A DNA stretch of 24,000 nucleotides from Candidatus Acidiferrales bacterium (lineage in GTDB: Bacteria > Acidobacteriota > Terriglobia > Acidiferrales > UBA7541). Within the stretch, counting starts at the first letter, position 1. The number at the start of each line of letters is the position of its first letter. The stretch is from contig JBEKUY010000001.1 in the NCBI GenBank assembly GCA_049514555.1, positions 58,923 through 82,922 of the forward strand, read 5' to 3'. The notes under the pieces were generated by a model that was given only the letters and a program-made list of their open reading frames with translations, had not been told where the DNA came from and ran no database searches. The position numbers and the translations under genes were made by a program. Below, piece by piece: positions 7,329-15,073 of this stretch.

Positions 7329-7715
7329 TCACTTCATGGGTATCTCACGCAGCTTGCCATCCGGCAAGATTTCATACCGCTTGTGCCATGGAGCTTCATA
7401 GAAATTCCGAACGAAGAGATACTTGAACCCGCTCTTAGCTCGGGATAGAACCTGAGCGTCGGCCTGCTTCTCTGCTTCGTCTGCCGTGAGATAGTGCCGA
7501 GGGTCAGTGGGACTCAGCGTGGTAACGTCGATTTTGAATTTCTTCTTTGGATCAGGTTCCCCCCCATCCCAAGCCCCGTAGCGTTCCTTCACAATCCAGC
7601 ACTTTCCCCGCGTCGTAGCGTCCGGCATCTGTTGGCAATAGATTGTGTAGAGTTCCGAGACGTTCTCTTCCGGCTCGGGGGTTTTGTAGACAGTTTGCGG
7701 TACGGAAACGTTCAT
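7329..7715 (-). CDS. hypothetical 128-aa protein, translationally coupled upstream partner of the AbiTii gene
   Basis: ATG 7715. The TGA at 7329-7331 is followed by CCA and then the AbiTii ATG. Charged, soluble-looking sequence. No family recognised. Confidence 0.6.
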   Translation of the reverse strand: MNVSVPQTVYKTPEPEENVSELYTIYCQQMPDATTRGKCWIVKERYGAWDGGEPDPKKKFKIDVTTLSPTDPRHYLTADEAEKQADAQVLSRAKSGFKYLFVRNFYEAPWHKRYEILPDGKLREIPMK

Positions 7716-7810
7716 GGCGAGGATTGTATCTCAACCCGATAGATCGTCATCCCCATTATTCGCCAATACAAAGGCGGCGTGCGGCCGGGCAAAATTCCAG
7801 ACCAAGTCGA

Positions 7811-7990
7811 GTCATCGAGATTTGTCGGTCGGCGAACATCATTACCAAGGAGCAGTTCAGTGCCCTAGACCGCCAGATCGGTAGGCGCAACTCCGCCCTA
7901 CACCTGTCCGCGACCACCATAACCGTGTCGCAGGCGGGAGAGTTCATCCACGATCTTGTCACGACCGTCGTGTTGACGATTCGGCTGTAG
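7811..7990 (+). pseudogene. HEPN-like C-terminal fragment carrying an Rx4H motif, no usable start codon
   Basis: The frame reads VIEICRSANIITKEQFSALDRQIGRRNSALHLSATTITVSQAGEFIHDLVTTV. RNSALH is an Rx4H motif in a typical HEPN helix context. There is no ATG/GTG/TTG in frame after the divergent gene start at 7715. The track ORF (7643..7990) has an Arg-rich, junk-like N-terminus overlapping that gene. Confidence 0.25.
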
Positions 7991-8057
7991 AGCCCTCGTT
8001 TAGCCCTTATATTGTCCCAAGCTTTACAGCTTGGCCTCCGCCAGCAAAAGCGTGTTA

Positions 8058-8483
8058 TCAGTCGGCGGAGGTACTCTCGGATAGGAATCTGAGAATATGC
8101 TGCTCGGTTTTCTCTTCCTTCTTAATGGCACACTCCCAGACGATCAACACCTTCCAGCCTGCCGCACGAAGTCTACGGTTGTTCGCCCGGTCGCGGCGGA
8201 CGTTACGCATCCTCTTTTCCGACCAGAAAGCAGAGTTGGTGGTTGGCTTCAACTGGCCCCGAGGGCATGAGTGCATGTGCCAGAAGCAGCCGTGAACAAA
8301 GATGACCTTCTTTCGTGCCCGGAAGACGAGATCGGGCGTTCCCGGCAGCCCACGGACGTGTAAGCGGTATCGGAACCCCATGCTGTGCACCATTCTCCTG
8401 ACCACCATCTCAGGGCGGGTGTCAGTGCTGCGTATCGCGGCCATGTTGCGGCTACGCTGCTCGGGAGTCAACTTATCGGGCAT
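8058..8483 (-). CDS. vsr: very-short-patch repair endonuclease Vsr
   Basis: LTPEQRSRNMAAIRSTDTRPEMVVRRMVHSMGFRYRLH...PGTPDLVF...KVIFVHGCFWHMHSCPRG...NSAFWSEKRMRNVRRD...GWKVLIVWEC is a textbook Vsr sequence. Confidence 0.95.
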   Translation of the reverse strand: MPDKLTPEQRSRNMAAIRSTDTRPEMVVRRMVHSMGFRYRLHVRGLPGTPDLVFRARKKVIFVHGCFWHMHSCPRGQLKPTTNSAFWSEKRMRNVRRDRANNRRLRAAGWKVLIVWECAIKKEEKTEQHILRFLSESTSAD

Positions 8484-8653
8484 GGGTGACGGCCTTCATT
8501 ATAGTTTTGATCCATGCTAACCTGAACGTCGACGTGCGAACCTCTTCGCCCAAACAGAAAGAAAACAAGCTCGGGCATTACGGACTCGGCACCGACGCGC
8601 CGTGGTACCAACCGCAAACGCTTTCTAAAGCCGAGCGCAACGCCTTCAGCGAG

Positions 8654-9763
8654 ATGGCAAGACGCTCCGCCGAGGCGAAGCGTCGCTCGCTGGAGGGCAA
8701 CTCCGTTCCCAAGCATGAGATAAATACTCCGAAGCTCGATCCGGAAACGCTCATGCCGCAGCTTCAGCGAAACGGGCTGCGGGCTCTCTCGTTGTTCAGC
8801 GGCGGGGGCGGCTTAGACTTGGGATTCGACAGGGCGGGCTTCGAGCACGTCGCATCATACGAAGTTGTGACGGATGCCGCCGCCACCTTGTCGGCGAATC
8901 GCCCGGAATGGGACGTGAGGTCTGGGGATGAAGGGGACGTGACGCGGGTGGATTGGAGGAAGATCAAGGCTGATGTAATCCACGCGGGGCCTCCTTGCCA
9001 GCCGTTCAGTTCGGCTGGGCGGCAACTCGGGCACAAGGACGAGCGCAACCTGTTCCCCGAGTTCATCCGCGCCGTACGGGGAATCAAGCCGCTAGCGTTC
9101 GCCGCCGAGAATGTCCGTGCTCTCATGAACGGTAAGTTCAGCCAATTCGTGCAGGAGCAGATCGTGCAGCCACTCTCCCGTGACTATGCGGTGTACGTCT
9201 TCGACCTGACCGCTGCCTCGTTCGGCGTCCCGCAGGTGCGGACTAGGGTATTCTTCGTGGGGTTCCGCCTCGGACTGAAGGTCGAGTATCACCAGCCGTC
9301 GCCCACCCACTACTTCGAACACCTCAAGGGTGACGAGATTCCCCCGATGGCGCAAATGATGAGGGGGGTTGAGTTCCTGCGATGCATGGGCGCACGTGAG
9401 GCGCTCGGCCTGCCGGACATCGGCTTCGACGCGCTCGCGCCCACGCTGCGCAGCGGCCTCACTGGGCCTCGCCACACCACGTCCATCCTTAGCAGCGTGT
9501 CTGCCCTGAAGCTCTGGAACAAGCTGCAAATCTGGCCTAACGGGGTGGCTGCCTCACGCGAGGCGGCGCAGCGGTTCGTGCCCGACAACGGCCATTTCCG
9601 CCTAAGCGTGCCGGACTGTGCGTTGCTTCAGGGCTTCCCTGATTCTTGGAAATTCAGCGGCGCTGTGTACAAGTCAATCGGGCAGATCGGAAATTCCGTC
9701 GCGCCGCCGATGGCGTATCAGGTCGGCTTGTCTATCTTGCGTGCGCTTTCCGCCGCGGTGTGA
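8654..9763 (+). CDS. DNA (cytosine-5)-methyltransferase
   Basis: Motif I LSLFSGGGGLDLGF, motif IV GPPCQPFSSAGR, motif VI AAENVRALM, motif VIII QVRTRVFFVGF, motif X GNSVAPPMA. The track start GTG 8486 is only 2 nt from the divergent vsr ATG and is almost certainly over-extended. ATG 8654 (used here) and ATG 8753 are the plausible starts. Confidence 0.93.
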   Translation: MARRSAEAKRRSLEGNSVPKHEINTPKLDPETLMPQLQRNGLRALSLFSGGGGLDLGFDRAGFEHVASYEVVTDAAATLSANRPEWDVRSGDEGDVTRVDWRKIKADVIHAGPPCQPFSSAGRQLGHKDERNLFPEFIRAVRGIKPLAFAAENVRALMNGKFSQFVQEQIVQPLSRDYAVYVFDLTAASFGVPQVRTRVFFVGFRLGLKVEYHQPSPTHYFEHLKGDEIPPMAQMMRGVEFLRCMGAREALGLPDIGFDALAPTLRSGLTGPRHTTSILSSVSALKLWNKLQIWPNGVAASREAAQRFVPDNGHFRLSVPDCALLQGFPDSWKFSGAVYKSIGQIGNSVAPPMAYQVGLSILRALSAAV

Positions 9764-10449
9764 GCGGCTTTCTCCAAGTCCTTTGCCTCTTCTTCCAAGG
9801 CCTTCGCCACAAGCTCCCGCAGGCGCTCCGCATGACGCTTCGTGATACGCTCCCAGCCATTGAAATAGGTTCCGGGGATGTGCGGGTTGTTCAGGGTAGA
9901 GCCGCGGGAGATAACGTAGCCGCAACGCTCCCTCAATATGTCCAGCATGCGCTCCGGAGAGTAGCCGTCCTTAAGGTCACGCCGCTCAAGGTACTGCGCG
10001 GCGCTGTATTGCCGCTTGTGGAGCAGTCTAGCGTCTTCGACACTGTACTTTTCCCTCTTCCCCAGCAAGTGATACAGCAGGTCGAGGGGGATCAGGGAAG
10101 GCACAGTTTTCGCAAGCTCGAAGTCCACCCGGATGTATTCTTCCTTTTCCCTGACCCACGGGGCCATCATTTTCGGTGATCCGTAAACGCAGTACCTCAA
10201 CGTGGTGCCATCCTTCTCGTAAAACCCAATAAGCCAATGCTTGTGTTTCCATTTAGCGACATGGTCAGGTCCGAAATCCCTGACCGTCGTGACGGAGTCG
10301 TCGGTTGAGGACTTAAGCTCAAAAGGGATTTCCACGCCCTTCCCGACCACCAGTTTCGCATCCGTGTCGGCACGCCCCGCGCCTTCGATCCGTTCCAGCT
10401 TGAACAATTTGATCAGTTGGCGTTCGCGTGCATCGTCTTGAACTACCAT
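9718..10449 (-). CDS. candidate type II restriction endonuclease (PD-(D/E)xK), cognate to the adjacent C5-MTase
   Basis: RADTDAKLVVGKGVEIPFELKSSTDD gives D-x(n)-E-x-K with the ELK(S/T)(S/T) flavour seen in MutH/Sau3AI/MvaI-BcnI-type enzymes. It converges on the MTase gene with a 46-nt 3' overlap (9718-9763). Start taken at ATG 10449 (MVVQDD...); the track ORF extends to 10485. Confidence 0.5.
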   Translation of the reverse strand: MVVQDDARERQLIKLFKLERIEGAGRADTDAKLVVGKGVEIPFELKSSTDDSVTTVRDFGPDHVAKWKHKHWLIGFYEKDGTTLRYCVYGSPKMMAPWVREKEEYIRVDFELAKTVPSLIPLDLLYHLLGKREKYSVEDARLLHKRQYSAAQYLERRDLKDGYSPERMLDILRERCGYVISRGSTLNNPHIPGTYFNGWERITKRHAERLRELVAKALEEEAKDLEKAAHTAAESARKIDKPT

Positions 10450-10684
10450 GGCAGCAGAGTCCCCGTCCGCGCCACAGACACACACAGCAACTTTGCAGGC
10501 ATGGTCGGTATGATATTTTCAGAGGCCTGAAAAGGCCAGAGGAAATCATGACGAGACGGGTACCAAGAAGCGGGGTCAGGTTTGATTGCTCACTGTACGG
10601 AAAACTGTGGAAGGGCGATCCAGAGCACGCCCGGCTCGTGGATATCCTTGAGGGCGTAACGAAGTCGTCCGCAAGGACTTTCGT

Positions 10685-11203
10685 TTATGGAAATCTGAGA
10701 GACCCGACAAGTAGTCCCTGTTTCCTAAGGCGTTGCACCACGCCTTCACGGTGGTCCTCTCCAACGACCACGAGCACACTTTCGGCGTCTCCAAGAATCT
10801 CCATGATCTTTGCCGCCATAGCCTCGTCCCTTTGCTCGACAAGGGGCATTTCATCAGCGTTTACACGAATGTCAGCATGTCTCAGTTGATCTGAATGTCC
10901 GTTCGCGATGTTCTTTGCGATTGTTGAGACGGGAGCATCAACAGTCCTGCCGCCCCCGAAGGCTTCGACATACTCACCGAGAGAGTCTTCTTCCCGTTTC
11001 AGCAATTCCCAAACCGCACGGTCGTCACCCGCTTCCTCGGCGACGAGGGTTATACTCCGCTCCCCGATGAGTCGTCGTAGGAGCCCCTCAAATTCGACAC
11101 GGACCTTTTTCCGGTCTTCCGCCGTATCTTGATGCCGTTGAAGTTCGTGTTGGGTGCCGATTACCAGCACCCGAGCCTGTTTGCTTGTTACGTTCTCTGC
11201 CAT
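10685..11203 (-). CDS. TraB/PrgY/GumN (Tiki-superfamily)-like protein, short form (172 aa)
   Basis: VLVIGTQHEL (GT.H), ITLVAEE, EQRDEAMAAKIMEIL (ERD..Ma) and VLVVVGEDHREGVVQRLRKQG (vvG..H..gv..L) occur in the order typical of TraB-family proteins. ATG 11203 is preferred over TTG 11206. Confidence 0.45.
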   Translation of the reverse strand: MAENVTSKQARVLVIGTQHELQRHQDTAEDRKKVRVEFEGLLRRLIGERSITLVAEEAGDDRAVWELLKREEDSLGEYVEAFGGGRTVDAPVSTIAKNIANGHSDQLRHADIRVNADEMPLVEQRDEAMAAKIMEILGDAESVLVVVGEDHREGVVQRLRKQGLLVGSLRFP

Positions 11204-11355
11204 CAACTTTATCTGGAAATCGATAGATTGTAGTTCAGAACTGCTTGCGACATCTCAGGTCAAGTTGAATACCGACGAGTATTTCTCGTAAAGCTTGGTC
11301 ATCGCTGTGCAATGAGGGTTCAAATGGCCAGCGTTGCGCCCTCCCATGACCACGA

Positions 11356-11372
11356 TAATCGAGCAGCGCCTT
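11356..11372. repeat. left copy of an exact 17-bp direct repeat TAATCGAGCAGCGCCTT
   Basis: Read directly from the sequence. It is identical to 13565-13581. It lies 67 nt beyond the AIPR stop codon and directly beside a nested inverted repeat (TGGTCAT 11296-11302 / ATGACCA 11346-11352, with GAGGG 11314-11318 / CCCTC 11339-11343 inside). Confidence 0.85.
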
Positions 11373-11439
11373 TCACTGTGACTTCATATGGCCTAGTCAA
11401 GGTTTAGCGTCAGAATTGGGCTCCATTGGTGTCCGGTCC

Positions 11440-13197
11440 TTAGACGCGTTCCTCTAGCTTATCTTCGAACCGCTGAATTCTTTTCTTGAAGGTTCTATTG
11501 AATTCTCGTCCACTCGCACGAAGATATGCTTCGAAGTCTGGTCCTAACCCTTTGCGCTTGAAAAATGTGGATACGTCAATTGCCTTCTCGCCCTTTCCCT
11601 TCTTGTGCCTGTAAAACGATAAAGCGGCACGGAATATCGTGTCGATGGCATCGCTCAGGTAGCCGACAGGGGAACTATGCCTTTCAGAAGCCTCACGAAA
11701 AGCATCCGCAAGTGCCCTCGACCTTATGAGCGGTGCAACACGTGACCACATAAACTGGAGCACCAGCCATGTTGCATAGGCTCGCTCCGGGTATCCCTTG
11801 GAGCGGTGACGAACTTCGTATTTGAGCCTGAAGCGATTGAGATAAAAATACGGGTCGCTTGTCGGGAATACTTTTGGATACAGGTGTTCTTCGAACAGGC
11901 CCTCTTTCCCCTCACGCACTATGGCGGGGTCGAGTTCGCAACCCGCTATGGCTTGAGCTATCTCCTCCTTGGTGACGACCCGCTGGTGCGCCCCAACAAA
12001 ACGTCGTGCCTCGCTCTTGGACTGGCGCTTGCGGAGGTAGTAGTAGTTGAACTTTCGAAGCTCTCGCTCAATTTCAATCTGGCGGCGGTCATTCGCCATC
12101 AGGTCTGAGGGACGAATGGCGTTCTGGAGGTTTGTGGCTGCGACGATACGCGAAACGAGCATGTCGAATTTTTCTGATCCTGACTTCAGGTCTCGCGGCA
12201 CCATAATAGCCTTTACCAGTACGGAAGCTGCTGAGCCGTGGGAATCGGCATCGTGTAAGGTTCGAGTGGTTTGTTGACCGTTGATGATCTGTGGATTCGA
12301 CACACGCATCACATCCCGGCCGCCGATACTTATACGCTCGGCGTGATCGCATATCATTGTTATGCCATTGTTGTAATACCAGAAATTCCAAGGTTCCGTT
12401 CTCAAGGTGTCCTGCATCCCTCGATTGACTTGCGTGGATTTTCCAAGAAAACCACGGACGTTCCTCGCAAATAGCCTAATACCTGCTGTTTCGTACATTT
12501 CAGCAACAGCGAAAGTGTTCATGGAAAAAATCCAAGCAGTGATGTTCTCGCGGGCGTCATGTCTTCGATGGCACTCGCTGGTTACGCCCTTTCCTATTTC
12601 TAAAGGGAGATCAAGGGAAGGAACGGGAGGTGCAACACCGTCCAGGAAATCACTGAGTCTGAGGAGGACCGACTTCCCGTCAAATATCTCTATATCCGCA
12701 GGACCATCGGCTCGACGGCACCTCTGCTCAGCCTCTTGGACGAGAGACCCACTGCATTTAGCGGTCGTTACAAAATACAACTTGAGTCTATAACTTCGCT
12801 TTCGCAGGCACTCTCTTGCGTAACGGAATTTCTCGTGTACTCGCGGGTCTATTTCCTTTAGAAACGCTTTGAAGTCCTGATCGCTACCGTGGAGATCGCA
12901 CGCCAACTGGGCAAACGAGATTACATCCGGTCTGGATTCGTTCCCGTTGTTGATCTTTTTGTGGTACTTCCCTTGTACCACGCATACAACTTTAGAGTGA
13001 TCGTCGGTGAGAACAGCGTCTGTTCCCTTATCACGTGAGTGGCCCGTGAGTGCGGCGGCAGCATCCTTCTCATCACCCGTGACTGTCGCATTCAGGAACC
13101 ACAGAAGAAACAGTTCATCGTCTTTCAGACGAGGGAAGCGATTGCGAACGTCTTCAAGTTGATTGTGTAAGTCCTTTTCAGTAAGAAGAACTCGCAT
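11440..13197 (-). CDS. AIPR-family abortive infection protein
   Basis: LFARNVRGFLGKSTQVNRGMQDTLRTEPWNFWYYNNGITMICD...VSNPQIINGQQTTRTL is the AIPR core. Start taken at ATG 13197 (MRVLLTEKD), which has GGAGG at 13202-13206. The track ORF runs to 13284. Confidence 0.9.
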   Translation of the reverse strand: MRVLLTEKDLHNQLEDVRNRFPRLKDDELFLLWFLNATVTGDEKDAAAALTGHSRDKGTDAVLTDDHSKVVCVVQGKYHKKINNGNESRPDVISFAQLACDLHGSDQDFKAFLKEIDPRVHEKFRYARECLRKRSYRLKLYFVTTAKCSGSLVQEAEQRCRRADGPADIEIFDGKSVLLRLSDFLDGVAPPVPSLDLPLEIGKGVTSECHRRHDARENITAWIFSMNTFAVAEMYETAGIRLFARNVRGFLGKSTQVNRGMQDTLRTEPWNFWYYNNGITMICDHAERISIGGRDVMRVSNPQIINGQQTTRTLHDADSHGSAASVLVKAIMVPRDLKSGSEKFDMLVSRIVAATNLQNAIRPSDLMANDRRQIEIERELRKFNYYYLRKRQSKSEARRFVGAHQRVVTKEEIAQAIAGCELDPAIVREGKEGLFEEHLYPKVFPTSDPYFYLNRFRLKYEVRHRSKGYPERAYATWLVLQFMWSRVAPLIRSRALADAFREASERHSSPVGYLSDAIDTIFRAALSFYRHKKGKGEKAIDVSTFFKRKGLGPDFEAYLRASGREFNRTFKKRIQRFEDKLEERV

Positions 13198-13471
13198 CGA
13201 GCCTCCAGTGAGATTGGGGCGAGATTTTGGTTTTGCACTCAGCAATCCTCGGAGCTTCAGGCAATCCCGGCAACGGGGCATCACTACCTTTACGGCAATA
13301 TACTCCCTATGTGTGTCAAATGTTGCCCACGCAGACGCTTTGATTCTGTCCTTCGTTCTTTTTCTTTGTTGTGACGCCCGTCACCCTAGGGGGCAAACCC
13401 CAGCAAACGAGATTGCCATAGATGGGTACGCGTGGAAGGAGACCTCTCGTAAGAGCATTGTTGTGTTTCGA

Positions 13472-13495
13472 AGAAAATAAAAGCATTGCGAATGC
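13472..13495 (-). terminator. weak intrinsic-terminator-like hairpin after the DUF2779 gene
   Basis: On the minus strand, GCATT-cgc-AATGC (13483-13495) is followed by TTTTATTTT (13482-13474) just downstream of the TGA at 13501-13503. The stem is only 5 bp with 2 GC pairs. Confidence 0.3.
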
Positions 13496-13500
13496 GAAAA

Positions 13501-14970
13501 TCATTCTGAGACATGCTGAAGCATTTCTACGAGCCCTACCATTGCCAGTGTGTCCTGCCCGCAGTAATCGAGCAGCGCCTTCCTTTTCCTCTGGCGCTCG
13601 GCCTCGCCGCCATTACCGTCGATAAGCGACTCCCAAGCAAGTCCGGCAGCCTGCCCGTCCGACACTTCCAATCCATCGTACGACATCTCTGGCACTAGTG
13701 CCGGGAGCACCGATTTCAGCGAATAGGAGCCACCAAACGCCGGATGGTAGACATGATTGCGGATAACTGGCAGCAAATCACAGAGCCGCTGCTGAATCTT
13801 CTTTATCCGCGGCGAGAACCTCGGCAGCCACGACGCAAGTTCGTCGAGCCGCTGCGACTCAAACTGCTGGTAGTACACAACGATGCTGCCGCGATCCCCA
13901 AGGGCATCGCACAGGGCCGACATGAACGCAGGGCGAGGGTCACTCTTGTCGCTTGCCAAGAATTCGAGATGCTCGGCCGCTGCGCCCGGTTGTCGCTGCA
14001 AGTGCACACTCCACTGAAAAGGTAGGTGGTCGTACGGTCGCATGCCAGCGAACCGTGGAATCGCGGGGTTCACTGTCTCGAAGTCCATGAAGCACAGCGG
14101 GTATTCAAGGCGTTCGAACTCCTGCTTAACCTTGGGATCGAACCACGGCCTCCCCATCTGCACGGCGGAACACGCACGACGGAGCCGGCAGGAGAGCGGG
14201 TAGTTTTCCGGAATGTCGTGGATGGATTCGATGCCGAGTTCGGTCAGCTTTGCGACCGTCTTAGCGTGAATCCTGGGGAGCCGCAAGATGTGATCTTCAG
14301 GAAGCGCAGGATTGCAGTGATCGAAGAACTCACAAGTAACAGGTTCGCTGCACTGGGGTCCGGCGGGGATTCGTGGAGCCTCGGGCATGGTAAGGACACG
14401 AAATTCAGAGCGGAGTTGCAAAGTTACGTCGGGCTGTAACTCCTCCACCTGCTTGGTCAGGTTCTTGATTTTGAAGAAACGCCACACATCGATTGGGCCA
14501 CCCTCGTAGACATACGCTCTATTCACATGGGCGAGACATGACGCCGCCAGATCGACTCCGGAGCGAGTCAGCACCCGGTGCTGGACCGCAATGTCGTCAA
14601 GATGGTGGTCTTTGACATCCGTTGTCGATTTGACCTCGATCAGCCGCCAGCGTTGGTCCGAGCGGCGGCGGAGAATATCAACCCTCACAAAAACGTCCCC
14701 GTGCTCGAATGCGCCCTCGAAGATCGCCGTGCGTTCCGAATTTTGCATAAGCTCACGAGTGGCTCGGATCGCCTGTTCTCGGTCTTTGGGCTCGACGGTT
14801 ACGCCTCCCGGAAACATCTCCCGCGCCAGACGACCGACCTCTTGCCCCTGATCGATGATCGCTTGCCCCGACTCGCTCGGCTGCGCCGCGAGTTCAGGCT
14901 CGTGGACAAGGAGATACAAACGCTTTAGGCATTGTGTCCCCGCGACGAACTTGGACTTCGTAATGAGCAT
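13501..14970 (-). CDS. DUF2779-family protein: N-terminal Cas4-like PD-(D/E)xK domain plus C-terminal RNase-H-like (DEDD-type) domain
   Basis: MLITKSKFVAGTQCLKRLYL..., FVRVDILRR...WRLIEVKSTT (D...EVK), LCFMDFETVNPAIPRF...PFQWSVH..., GSYSLKSVLPALVP and LLDYCGQDTLAMV follow the DUF2779 order. The family N-terminus favours ATG 14970. ATG 15027 and the track start 15117 are alternatives; 15117 would overlap the upstream gene. Confidence 0.9.
   Translation of the reverse strand: MLITKSKFVAGTQCLKRLYLLVHEPELAAQPSESGQAIIDQGQEVGRLAREMFPGGVTVEPKDREQAIRATRELMQNSERTAIFEGAFEHGDVFVRVDILRRRSDQRWRLIEVKSTTDVKDHHLDDIAVQHRVLTRSGVDLAASCLAHVNRAYVYEGGPIDVWRFFKIKNLTKQVEELQPDVTLQLRSEFRVLTMPEAPRIPAGPQCSEPVTCEFFDHCNPALPEDHILRLPRIHAKTVAKLTELGIESIHDIPENYPLSCRLRRACSAVQMGRPWFDPKVKQEFERLEYPLCFMDFETVNPAIPRFAGMRPYDHLPFQWSVHLQRQPGAAAEHLEFLASDKSDPRPAFMSALCDALGDRGSIVVYYQQFESQRLDELASWLPRFSPRIKKIQQRLCDLLPVIRNHVYHPAFGGSYSLKSVLPALVPEMSYDGLEVSDGQAAGLAWESLIDGNGGEAERQRKRKALLDYCGQDTLAMVGLVEMLQHVSE
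13565..13581. repeat. right copy of the exact 17-bp direct repeat TAATCGAGCAGCGCCTT (inside the DUF2779 3' coding end)
   Basis: Read directly from the sequence. On the minus strand it encodes KALLDY of the conserved LLDYCGQDT block. Confidence 0.85.
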
Positions 14971-15073
14971 CGGCGATCTGCTCTCGAAATCTTCGCCCTG
15001 CTCCAGGTTGGTCAGCGTCGATTCCATGGCGTTTGGAGCCCAAATAGGTACTACACGAGAGCCGGGTCGAACG

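Noticed and set aside
8486-8653. GTG 8486 as the start of the cytosine methyltransferase (track ORF 8486..9763)
   Set aside because: It lies 2 nt from the divergent vsr ATG (8483), leaving no promoter space. The N-terminus MTAFIIVLIHANLNVDV looks non-native. ATG 8654 or 8753 is more plausible.
10524-10537. GGCCT-GAAA-AGGCC hairpin between the TraB-like gene and the candidate restriction gene
   Set aside because: The stem is only 5 bp and there is no U-tract on either strand. It is not convincing as a terminator or a structured RNA.
10428-10889. 153-aa + strand ORF, including a possible start at ATG 10548 with GAGGA upstream
   Set aside because: The first 45 aa or so after ATG 10548 look protein-like. 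However, the frame has no stop until 10889, so it would run about 200 nt antisense through the TraB-like gene with a Ser/Thr/Arg-rich tail. I treat it as non-coding and did not list it as a feature.
11314-11325. tRNA-like T-loop strings: GGGTTCAAATGG at 11314-11325, GGTTCGATTTT near 21474 and GGGTTCAAATCC near 4501
   Set aside because: In each case the flanking 5-nt arms do not base-pair, and no acceptor or anticodon arms can be built. The third site lies inside a CDS. They are not tRNA genes.
13323-13328. Perfect TTGACA (minus strand) upstream of the AIPR gene as a -35 box
   Set aside because: The only -10-like hexamer (TATATT) follows after an 11-nt spacer, too short for a sigma-70 promoter. 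I did not annotate a promoter.
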